DNA of 64,000 bases, taken from assembly GCF_009914755.1 (NCBI RefSeq), contig NC_060927.1; one strand, 5' to 3'. Below the pieces are notes generated by a model. The model was not told where the DNA came from. It did not search any database and was given only the letters and a program-made list of their open reading frames with translations. This DNA is from the human T2T-CHM13v2.0 reference genome, Homo sapiens. The translations under genes and the position numbers were made by a program. Shown here piece after piece: positions 1 through 12,510 of the stretch (position 1 is its first letter; every line of letters starts with the position of its first letter).

Positions 1-2640
1 TCTAACCCTAACCCTAACCCTAACCCTAACCCTAACCCTAACCCTAACCCTAACCCTAACCCTAACCCTAACCCTAACCCTAACCCTAACCCTAACCCTA
101 ACCCTAACCCTAACCCTAACCCTAACCCTAACCCTAACCCTAACCCTAACCCTAACCCTAACCCTAACCCTAACCCTAACCCTAACCCTAACCCTAACCC
201 TAACCCTAACCCTAACCCTAACCCTAACCCTAACCCTAACCCTAACCCTAACCCTAACCCTAACCCTAACCCTAACCCTAACCCTAACCCTAACCCTAAC
301 CCTAACCCTAACCCTAACCCTAACCCTAACCCTAACCCTAACCCTAACCCTAACCCTAACCCTAACCCTAACCCTAACCCTAACCCTAACCCTAACCCTA
401 ACCCTAACCCTAACCCTAACCCTAACCCTAACCCTAACCCTAACCCTAACCCTAACCCTAACCCTAACCCTAACCCTAACCCTAACCCTAACCCTAACCC
501 TAACCCTAACCCTAACCCTAACCCTAACCCTAACCCTAACCCTAACCCTAACCCTAACCCTAACCCTAACCCTAACCCTAACCCTAACCCTAACCCTAAC
601 CCTAACCCTAACCCTAACCCTAACCCTAACCCTAACCCTAACCCTAACCCTAACCCTAACCCTAACCCTAACCCTAACCCTAACCCTAACCCTAACCCTA
701 ACCCTAACCCTAACCCTAACCCTAACCCTAACCCTAACCCTAACCCTAACCCTAACCCTAACCCTAACCCTAACCCTAACCCTAACCCTAACCCTAACCC
801 TAACCCTAACCCTAACCCTAACCCTAACCCTAACCCTAACCCTAACCCTAACCCTAACCCTAACCCTAACCCTAACCCTAACCCTAACCCTAACCCTAAC
901 CCTAACCCTAACCCTAACCCTAACCCTAACCCTAACCCTAACCCTAACCCTAACCCTAACCCTAACCCTAACCCTAACCCTAACCCTAACCCTAACCCTA
1001 ACCCTAACCCTAACCCTAACCCTAACCCTAACCCTAACCCTAACCCTAACCCTAACCCTAACCCTAACCCTAACCCTAACCCTAACCCTAACCCTAACCC
1101 TAACCCTAACCCTAACCCTAACCCTAACCCTAACCCTAACCCTAACCCTAACCCTAACCCTAACCCTAACCCTAACCCTAACCCTAACCCTAACCCTAAC
1201 CCTAACCCTAACCCTAACCCTAACCCTAACCCTAACCCTAACCCTAACCCTAACCCTAACCCTAACCCTAACCCTAACCCTAACCCTAACCCTAACCCTA
1301 ACCCTAACCCTAACCCTAACCCTAACCCTAACCCTAACCCTAACCCTAACCCTAACCCTAACCCTAACCCTAACCCTAACCCTAACCCTAACCCTAACCC
1401 TAACCCTAACCCTAACCCTAACCCTAACCCTAACCCTAACCCTAACCCTAACCCTAACCCTAACCCTAACCCTAACCCTAACCCTAACCCTAACCCTAAC
1501 CCTAACCCTAACCCTAACCCTAACCCTAACCCTAACCCTAACCCTAACCCTAACCCTAACCCTAACCCTAACCCTAACCCTAACCCTAACCCTAACCCTA
1601 ACCCTAACCCTAACCCTAACCCTAACCCTAACCCCTAACCCCTAACCCCTAACCCTAACCCTAACCCTAACCCTAACCCTAACCCTAACCCTAACCCTAA
1701 CCCTAACCCTACCCCTACCCCTACCCCTACCCCTACCCCTACCCCTACCCCTACCCCTACCCCTACCCCTACCCCTAGCCCTAGCCCTAGCCCTAGCCCT
1801 AGCCCTAGCCCTAGCCCTAGCCCTAGCCCTAGCCCTAGCCCTAGCCCTAACCCTAGCCCTAACCCTAACCCTAACCCTAACCCTAACCCTAACCCTAACC
1901 CTAACCCGAACCCTAACCCGAACCCTAACCCGAACCCTAACCCGAACCCTAACCCGAACCCGAACCCTAACCCTAACCCGAACCCGAACCCGAACCCGAA
2001 CCCGAACCCTAACCCTAACCCTAACCCTAACCCTAACCCTAACCCTACCCTAACCCTAACCCTAACCCTAACCCTAACCCTAACCCTAACCCTAACCCCC
2101 TAACCCCCTAACCCCCTAACCCCCTAACCCTAACCCTAACCCTAACCCTAACCCTAACCCTAACCCTAACCCTAACCCTAACCCCTAACCCCTACCCCAA
2201 CCCTAACCCTAACCCTAACCCTAACCCTACCCCTAACCCCTAACCCCTAACCCTAACCCTAACCCTAACCCTAACCCTAACCCTAACCCCTAACCCTAAC
2301 CCTAACCCTAACCCTAACCCTAACCCTAACCCTAACCCCAACCCCAACCCCAACCCTAACCCCTACCCCAACCCCAACCCCAACCCCAACCCCAACCCCA
2401 ACCCCAACCCTACCCCTACCCCTACCCCAACCCCAACCCCAACCCCAACCCCAACCCTAACCCCTAACCCCTAACCCTAACCCTAACCCTAACCCTAACC
2501 CTAACCCTAACCCCTAACCCTAACCCTAACCCTAACCCTAACCCCTAACCCTAACCCTAACCCTAACCCTACCCTAACCCTAACCCTAACCCTAACCCTA
2601 ACCCTAACCCTAACCCTAACCCTAACCCTAACCCTAACCC
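1..2640 (-). repeat. Terminal telomeric array (TTAGGG)n, G-rich strand on minus
   Basis: Uninterrupted CCCTAA from the window start to ~1630, then canonical plus variant hexamers to 2640. Confidence 0.99.
1632..2640 (-). repeat. Proximal telomere variant-repeat (TVR) zone
   Basis: CCCCTAA x3 (1632-1652), CCCTAC x11 (1707-1772), CCCTAG x12 (1773-1844), CCCGAA x11 interspersed (1905-2006), CCCCCTAA (~2096-2127), CCCCAA/CCCTAC mix (~2336-2455). Confidence 0.95.
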
Positions 2641-2645
2641 TCTCT

Positions 2646-3413
2646 GCAGGCGCAGAGAGGCGCGCGGCGCCGGCGCAGGCGCAGAGAGGCGCGCGGCGCC
2701 GGCGCAGGCGCAGAGAGGCGCGCGGCGCCGGCGCAGGCGCAGAGAGGCGCGCGGCGCCGGCGCAGGCGCAGAGAGGCGCGCGGCGCCGGCGCAGGCGCAG
2801 AGAGGCGCGCGGCGCCGGCGCAGGCGCAGAGAGGCGCGCGGCGCCGGCGCAGGCGCAGAGAGGCGCGCGGCGCCGGCGCAGGCGCAGAGAGGCGCGCGGC
2901 GCCGGCGCAGGCGCAGAGAGGCGCGCGGCGCCGGCGCAGGCGCAGAGAGGCGCGCGGCGCCGGCGCAGGCGCAGAGAGGCGCGCGGCGCCGGCGCAGGCG
3001 CAGAGAGGCGCGCGGCGCCGGCGCAGGCGCAGAGAGGCGCGCGGCGCCGGCGCAGGCGCAGAGAGGCGCGCGGCGCCGGCGCAGGCGCAGAGAGGCGCGC
3101 GGCGCCGGCGCAGGCGCAGAGAGGCGCGCGGCGCCGGCGCAGGCGCAGAGAGGCGCGCGGCGCCGGCGCAGGCGCAGAGAGGCGCGCGGCGCCGGCGCAG
3201 GCGCAGAGAGGCGCGCGGCGCCGGCGCAGGCGCAGAGAGGCGCGCGGCGCCGGCGCAGGCGCAGAGAGGCGCGCGGCGCCGGCGCAGGCGCAGAGAGGCG
3301 CGCGGCGCCGGCGCAGGCGCAGAGAGGCGCGCGGCGCCGGCGCAGGCGCAGAGAGGCGCGCGGCGCCGGCGCAGGCGCAGAGAGGCGCGCGGCGCCGGCG
3401 CAGGCGCAGAGAG
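2646..3413. repeat. 29-bp subtelomeric CpG-rich minisatellite (TAR1-type), ~26.5 copies
   Basis: Unit GGCGCAGAGAGGCGCGCGGCGCCGGCGCA: 25/29 GC, 7 CpG per unit, no T on the + strand. Confidence 0.97.
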
Positions 3414-3560
3414 ACAACGACGTCTACTTTGTTCCTTGGTCAGACGATGGCCTGCGGGTGTCTGCTGGTGTCTGGCCGTGTGCTCTTTCTCGACGTACAG
3501 CTGTTTGTGTGTGTGCCCGCGACAGTCTCGGGTTTTGATGGGCACAGGATGGGGGGCCAA
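2646..3560 (-). promoter_or_regulatory. Subtelomeric CpG island, putative TERRA-type promoter with tandem NRF1-like sites
   Basis: Each unit carries GCGCAGGCGC (NRF1-like). The 29-bp repeat is an established part of human TERRA CpG-island promoters. Activity is inferred, not shown. Confidence 0.65.
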
Positions 3561-3698
3561 AAGGCAAAACTGTTTTGGTGGGCAAAAACAGAAATGCCTG
3601 TCCTCATTTAGGTCCATGGGCACAGGCCCGAGGTTGTAGCCCTTGCCAGGGATCCTGCCCTTCTCTACTCAGCACTTCGCTGCCCCTCTCCTGAATCA
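3414..3698 (-). mobile_element. Truncated ERV1-class LTR (LTR1/LTR27/MER52/LTR60-like), 5' part only
   Basis: Minus strand starts TGATTCAGGAGAGGGGCAGCGAAGTGCTGAGTAGAGAAGGGC...GGACCTAAATGAGGACAGGC...CCCCCCATCCTGTGCCCATCAAAACCCGAGAC, matching my recollection of this group's U3. The 3' part is absent. Confidence 0.7.
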
Positions 3699-4320
3699 CA
3701 TCAATTAAGAACTTTCTTCACCACCCCTTCGCTGTCATCCTTCTCTCTCCACTATTCACCCAACATCATCCGGGACCAGAACTAATGTCAGCAAAGCAGG
3801 GGAAGGAAGTAAACTTCTAGGAGTAGAAGAAAGGATGAAAAAGCCAACCACAACCCCCTTTCTTCATTAAAGGCTTCCCTCTACCGTACTCGAAAACAAC
3901 TTTGCCATTTTGATAATCAAATGAAAAAGTATAGTTTCTAACTCTGTACTATTTGTACACTATTTGTACTTTCTAAATCTATACTATTCGTATTATTTAA
4001 AAGTGACCATAAATATTATAAACTAAGTTAACCAAGGTTTTGCCTGGAGGCAAGGGAAGACCAAATCCCATGATACAACTTAAATAGTTGAATTCCACTT
4101 ATGTGAAAACACACACATATGTTTAAAAGGCATATATGTATAAAAATGGATATCAAATGGTATGAAATAATTTGCACTAAATTGATAATTGAGGAAAAAA
4201 TGTGAAGAGAAACTTCCAGACCAAAAGCTTCATGGGCAAAAGAACCATATCTTCACATCCTTAATGAGGATAAGGATTGCAGAGGCAGTACTTTGTAGGT
4301 ATGTAGGAGCTCAGAAGTTA

Positions 4321-4711
<391 letters not shown>

Positions 4712-4728
4712 AAAAATTGAAGACACTG

Positions 4729-5023
<295 letters not shown>

Positions 5024-5949
5024 CATTGAAGACACTGCATTTGTGTGCTATTCCTAAAATTAAAATCAACCAACCAACCAATCTATCTACATGACAAATA
5101 ACTAAGAAAACAGTACTACCAAAGCTCTAGAAACAAGCACTTTGAATTGAAGCAAGCCTTCTAAGGTATCAATACACTAAGTACTGAATCTTAAAAATGA
5201 TTTTACTCCACATAGGTTAAATTTTTTATTCTTTTTGTTAAAAATCAGTAACACAAATGTATGCTACGTTTTCTCTCATTTAAAGATTGAAGAGAAGTTT
5301 GTTAATCCAAAGCCAACAGGAAGCTCACAAGTAATTCCACAGTGTATCTTCCAGAAACATCTTCTGCATAGGGTAAAACTACTCCTCACAGACATAGATA
5401 CAAAGCGGCCACACTACACTGATTAAAATTGAGCCATAACTTTTATGAGCTTTAATACAACTACTTTTTTAATGCTGCTTTTTGTCTCCTTGTTTACAAG
5501 ACAAAGAAGTTTCTAACTGTACTATTTGATGCTTCCTTACACATTTAGGGAAAGGAGTTTTATAGAGACATAAAATTAGACATGGAGATTACTTCATTTT
5601 TAACTGGTTTTGAAAATATGTCTAATAGAGCACATTTTTATTTAGAAATAACAAACAGGTTAATATAAAAAAGAGAGATCATTATCTCTTAGTGTGTTCA
5701 CCATGGTCTTGTTAACTAGAAAGAACTGCGAGAGAAGAAAGAACATTTAGGGACCCAGGAAAGTGTGCATATCTAGTATTTGCCTCATGTTGAAAGAGAA
5801 AGGCAGGGCTTCAGAATTCACTTTCATTCAGGTTTAAAAAATTCAGGCAAAGAACATTTGCCCTCTGCTGGATTATTTTGGGAAAAATACAGATTTTCTT
5901 TTTTCTAACTATTAAAGTAGAATGGAAGAATAGAGTGACAAAGAGACAC

Positions 5950-6040
5950 AGGGAAAGTAAAAAAAAAAAAAAAAGAAAAGAGGAAAAAAGGAAAGAATGA
6001 AGAAAAGAAGGGAGGGAAGAAAAAAATTAGAGAGGGAATA
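5950..6040 (+). repeat. A/G-rich low-complexity purine tract
   Basis: Poly-A run followed by nearly pure purines. Confidence 0.75.
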
Positions 6041-8207
6041 ATATATATACAGAAGGAAATAGATTACATTCGCATTGTTGCTGGAAATACTTAATTTAGT
6101 CTGGTACACACAGACCTCAAATTCTTCTATTTTATATTATTTTCTCAACTCAAATCTGAAAATGGTCCCCAGAATAGAAACCATTTAACTTTAGGCCTTT
6201 CTCTGGTACTAAAGTGACACTAGACTAATAGACAATTATGACCACTTTAATGGATGACTGAGTTATCATCATCCTATGAAAGTTAATTTTGGTTTTGAAA
6301 ATTTAACAAGATTTCTGCAACCTTAATTAGGTATTCATTAATACAGTTTAAGGTGATGAATGCCTTCCAAAAAGTAAAATATGAGTTTAAATTTGCATTC
6401 ACTCTCCACAGGGTTACACATTTCCTGAGAGTATCTACATATTCATAGGCAACACCGATGTGAATGTGACAGGCAAGTATTGGAGGGAGTGGCCAATGAC
6501 TCACAGTTTTCTTGGCATTACAGTTAATGGGGAAACTTCTCTCCTGTCTTTGGAGTTCTTTATCTCAACATGACTGATTGCTTCATCCTCAAAGTCTCCT
6601 TTTCCAATACCCTGCCTCTCATTTTGAGCCCTGAAGGAATCGCACATCCAAGTGCTCCCTCTCTCATAAGTTCCCGTGTGCTCTTAACATAATGACTACC
6701 TGAGACTTTCAGGAGAGAGTCCGAGGTGGAAGAGGTGTAAATACTCTAAGCAGCCTTATTACCTCTTCCACTCTCCACCTCTCCTCCACAGCATGTTTCC
6801 TAACTACTTCCAAAAGACTGAAACATTGATGGATGGAACAGAGCTTAACCTTCACATGAAGATCTGTTGATGCCATCCTAAAATATCCTTAAATCCATCT
6901 CATTTTCTACATTTCTCTGCCATCCTCACAGTCTAAGCCACTGTCTTCTGTCACCTGAATCACAGCCGTACACATCAAACTGGTGTCTCTCTTATCATAC
7001 CCCCTTCAGACTATTTCAGGAGCTTTGGAGCAACACTTTTGGGGGTTCGGATCTTGGATATGTCTTTCATTAGCAGTTGATCATGGACAAGTTAGTCTAC
7101 TTTTGTGATCCACAGCTTTGTCATCTTAAAATTGGATGAATCTATCTCATAGATGTATTTCAAACCAGACACACTCACATAAGTAGTATATAACTTGACC
7201 ACAGAAGTTGCTCAAAATTAGCTATTTATGCTGTTGTCTTTTAGGTAGATGTTACTCAAAAAATTTACAAACAGGATATGTAAAAATGTCATAATTAACT
7301 CAAATTCAAAATAGAACCATTTTAGTCTCTTATGAATGGTACAAACTAAGAATTATGGAGATTGGGAGGATAGAGATATCTTTTTCTGGAAGTGAGAAGA
7401 TCTCCCAAAGAAAGCAAACACTGGTGCATTTCTGCTTTTGTTTGTCTATATTTTTGCTAAGTTTAGAAAAGAGTTAAAGAGTAACAGCGCTCCCTAATGG
7501 ATAAAACAAAATTCTTTATCTATTAGGATGAAGCAAAATTCTTTATCTATTAGGATAAAGAATTATTTACCCACAAAACTAGAGAAACCATTTATCCCTG
7601 GAGATTTTATTCCATATATTAAATATGATTTGTGTTGGGGGAATGTCTGCACACACACATTTTAGTTTGGATGAAAAGCAGCAAGGTTAATTTCTTCATT
7701 AGAAACTTCTGATTGGAAGTAAGAATTCTACACAGTCTGTATTGTTGTAGAATGCCCCATTGGTTTGTTTGCCTGTATTCCCTGTGAGTTTACAGTGCTA
7801 GGAGAAATTTCCACCTTCTCTCAGTTCTGCCTTCCTTTAGTTGGAATTCAGAGCACTAATAAACCCTTTCTTTGCCTTTCTTTTTCTCAATTCAGCACTT
7901 GATATCTACCTTGGTAACATTATTCCCTTTCTTTTAGGATGTCTCTACTTTCAGTCCAAATACTTTGATAGGATAGTTAATTACTCTCTCTTCCTTATAT
8001 AGCCATAGTGATTGGCTCCGAAACAGATGCAGAACAAAATAGACAATCACAATGCTTTTCAGAGACTTCAGAGATGGCTACATGGGGAGAGTTGTTTTCT
8101 TTCTAGCCTTTAAACTGGGATAATTTCAACTGGGGAAGAATAGTTTCTATGACTGCACCTATATGGCTCAACAGTTTCACAATGCAAAAGAATAACATAG
8201 AAGGTGA

Positions 8208-8584
<377 letters not shown>

Positions 8585-8754
8585 TTAAAAACTCAGTTTT
8601 TTTAAATTTCCAACCCTTGAATTTTTAGTTATAAGTAAGGTAAGGTATTCCTTTCATTTAAGCAATTCTGACTTGAATTTTTAACACTGACATACATGGG
8701 TTCTCACTAACGGACATTTCTTTTGTCAATATTATTAAAAAATTTTTTTTTACA

Positions 8755-9014
8755 GGCTGGGCACAGTAGCTCATGCTTGTAATCCCAGCATTTTTTGGAG
8801 GCCTAGGTGGGAGGATCGCTTGAGTCCAGGAATTCAAGACCAGCCTAGGCGACATAGTGAAACTCTGTCTCCACAAAAAATTAAAAAAAAAAAATAGCCG
8901 GGTATGGTGGTGCCCACCTGTAGTGCCAGCTACGTTGGAGGTTGAGGTGGGAGGATCACTTGAGACCAGGAGGTAGAGGTTGCTGTGAGCTGAGATCACA
9001 CCACTGCATTCCAG
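8755..9014 (+). mobile_element. AluJ, 3' truncated
   Basis: GGCTGGGCACAGTAGCTCATGC start; ends in the right arm without a tail. Confidence 0.9.
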
Positions 9015-11107
9015 GCATTCTATTAACAAAAGGCAAAATATCCTTCTTAAATTTGAGGTTGTATGTAGGTTATTGTAGCTTAAGTCATATAGATGATGAC
9101 TGATTTACCCTTTTACTTTGCATGCAGCTTCTCCTGATGGAGTATCGTTTGTGTGAGAAGAGCAGATTGGGACTCAATGAGAATATTGCCTCAGAAAAAT
9201 TGTATTTAGTGAAAGTAACATCACTCTGTATCTAATGAACAAAGCAGGGAGAGCCATTTACCTGGCTTTTCAGGACATTGTAAGTCCAGAAAAATTAGGA
9301 GTAGGCAAAGAAATCATGACTCCACGTGAATGTTAGCTAGGAGGCAAAGGAATATTAATGTCATAGATGACATTCCACTGAAGGCACAGGGATAGATGAA
9401 CACGCTGAGAGCACTGGACAAGCCTTTGTGCTTGACGTGGCGCAGAGCCACCATCAAGTCTCAAATCACAAAAGCCTGACGTACAAAGACACCTGGGCAT
9501 TCTGGTGACCCAGGGCTCCCTGCCACAAGAAGTGCTGTTGGATCTCTTAGAATCAATAATTGGCACTGAGAAAATTGGCATTGCATCTCCTGCAGTTTCA
9601 GTCTGTTCTTGGAGCATATTATGATGAGTAGAGCTCACGTGGATGAATCTGTTAGAAGAAAATGAAGTGTTTAACCATCTTTTTTTTTCAAAAAATGAAA
9701 GCCTTCCCAATGCTGATGGAGTTGGTTCGTTGCCTATCAGAGCATAAACTGTAAATAAATATTGCTAAAAATGCCCGGAACCTTTTTATTAAATGTTGGT
9801 GCCTCAATATTGATTTCGCGGGAGACCAAAATTTAATACGGAGACAAGCAATTTTAAGTAGGCCATGCTGGGTAGCTGCTGTGCTCTGCTCTAACTAGTA
9901 GGGACTGTCTGGAGTCTGGGACCTGTCCTCATCCACAGTCAGAGCAGACCGAATACACGGATCTCCTCCCAGAATCTGGAGAGGTCAACCTGTTCTTCAA
10001 AGCAGTGGTGGATTGGGGTTGGGGTAGGGGACAAAACAGATACAGCACCAAACATGAAAAGCATTGATTTATCTCTCTCTGCTAATGCATGTGAAGTGTT
10101 GATCCTGGGGTTGAAAGTCGGCAGAGGGCATTCTGATATGGCCTTCTTAGAACTTTCTTGGTGTCCTGCTATGACATAAAGCTCTTGAGCCTCCTCTCTT
10201 GCAAGGCTTTCTTTCAATATGCTTTGGATTTTCTGTTTTTTCCTTTAAGACTTATGTAATGAATTTCTTTCTCCTTCTCACTTCGATTGTATATTTCCTG
10301 ACATAACCTCTTGTGAAAGGAGGTAAAACTTTGAAAGTAAAAATACTGGGCAGAGTGAACAAATGGCAAAAAGGTGAGGAGTTTTGCAGTGAACAGGTGG
10401 ACAGTTTAGCACAAGGTGGTGGATGTGGAAAGTGACAGAAGGTTCCAAGATGATGAAACATCAAACCACATGTTTTCTTTAAAAAGAAGTTTTTCATGCC
10501 AAAAAATACTTTAATAATGAAAATGACAGAGGTATAGAACTGTTATCTCATGTTTTCCCAGGTGTACTCCTTTGCAAAACAGTTTTAAAATATTCTCAAG
10601 CAATAACAGAATTCAGTGGTCCAAGATCTTTGTGAAACCTGCAGGCCACCCGTCTGACTTAGACAGCCACAATGCCCACCAGTGTATGAGAAGTTCTAAG
10701 AAACTCTGCAGAAAGGACACACGTTTAATCGAGTGGGTCTAAATTTGTTTGATCACATACTCCTTTTCTGGGTAACACCTATGGACACCCCAAGAACTGA
10801 TGCTCCAAGGAACGTACTTTGGGATATGGTCATGAGGTAGACATAAATTTACAGAAACAAGCCAAAACAAAACAAAACAAAATGACAGCTATTATTAGAA
10901 ACAGGCAAAGGGGTCTGAATTCCCAGGCCTTTCAATGGTCTTGTATTATGCACTTCACTTGGGAAATATAAATTAGGAGGTCCTGGAATTTCCTAAGAAA
11001 TTTCTTTCCAACCCTAACTGTTCCTTAATGTGTGACTTGGATGAACAAGATTTGATAAAGCAGGTAGAATGATAAAGTTTTATTTGTAGGTGTAAAGGAA
11101 AAAAAAA

Positions 11108-11200
11108 GCTGGTTGTACAACAATGTGAATATACTTAACTGAACTGTACCATTAAAAATTTTATACTATGTATATTTTACCACAGTGTTTTAAAATGAGA
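11108..11200 (+). mobile_element. Old L1M 3' end fragment
   Basis: GGTTGTACAACAATGTGAATATACTTAA...TGTATATTTTACCACA motif. Confidence 0.6.
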
Positions 11201-12289
11201 AAAAAGATACATGAAGAAAAGTGGTCCTGTTAGCAGTCTCCCCAAAGTGTTCTTATGAAGGAGTAGCCTTCCAAACTGCAATAATAAATGTCCTGAGTTA
11301 TCAAAACAGGAAACCTAGTGCTTTTGCTTTAATGAATACCATAGAACACACATGGTTTTGTAAACTATCTTTGTCTTCATTGGTTTTATGTAATGCAGCC
11401 TAACTCTTTACCTTGTTTTTAATTCCTTCAAATAATTATTTTATTTTTAATGTAAAAGAACAATAAGTAACTTATCTTTGGCGTGTCAGCACTTTAACAA
11501 AGAGACTGCCTTTCATAGGGGAGCCATTTTCCATTTTGTCATAGCTACAGTTTTGCTGAATTAAAATATACATTTTCCTAGTTGTTTTCATTTGCTTTTA
11601 CAGAGAAAATTTTATAGGTAGAGATTTTGATAAGTTGGAGAATTTTTCTTACTTGCTACAATTTCATCTTCAGGTGTGTTCAAAATAAGATTGCATTTGA
11701 AAATACTTGATTATAATTAGGCAGTTGAAGAAATATAGGGATTCTAAGCTTACTGGAATCTAATGCATGTGGTTGGCATGTTTAAAGCCTTCTTAAGTGA
11801 CCTCTGACATCTGATTTCAGCAATGCAAAAAGAAGGTTATAATATATTAGTAATATGACAGAAAAGCTATATAGGTATCCAAAATGAAACTTCAAAATAT
11901 TTAATCATTGAAATATTTTTGAATTAAAGTGTAATTTAGTATAATAGAGGTATTACAAAAAATTGTACAACTTGAGTGTAAAAGAGTTCATATAAATTAG
12001 TTACATATGTCTTTGAACAATTGTTTAGTTTATAAATCCAATCATAATTTGCCCCTAATAGAACAACAAATAATTTAGGAAGATTTTTTTTGTTTTCTTA
12101 GAAGTATTGCTGTAGCATATTAATTTCAATCTTGAATCAAAATTTAGATTTTTGATCAAATTCCAACATGCTTCACAAAAAATTTTTTCTTCTGCAGTGA
12201 ATACATTCCATGTGCTATGACTTCATTGTTGGATGCTGGTATGTCTTAACTATAATCAGAGTAGACATGTTTTTCTCTATGTTTCAGCC

Positions 12290-12510
12290 ATAGCAATATG
12301 AAGCAAGAGTCTGGAGACTTGGGTTAGATGACCAGTTATGGTTAGGAAACCTGTAGCCTGTTACTTACTATAAATTCCTATTCCCTTAAACAATTGTTAT
12401 GAGGCTTAAATGAAAAAAATGTGATCATACTAGTAGGTAGTTTAACACTTAATGTTCTTGGCAAATAGATGCTCTCAGATAGCATTAACCATTGTTATTT
12501 ATCATTATTA
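12290..12510 (+). mobile_element. MIR
   Basis: TTGTTATGAGGCTTAAATGA core and ATTATT tail. Confidence 0.55.

Noticed and set aside
2646-3413. CRISPR-like 29-bp periodicity
   Set aside because: Head-to-tail repeats without spacers in primate DNA; this is a minisatellite.
2569-3623. Long minus-strand ORFs (282 aa, 329 aa), Ala/Arg/Pro-rich
   Set aside because: The 29-mer has no T on + and no A on -, so stop codons are impossible in any frame. The protein is just the repeat cycling with a 29-aa period.
11008-11018. Isolated CCCTAAC as an interstitial telomere seed
   Set aside because: Single unit, expected by chance.
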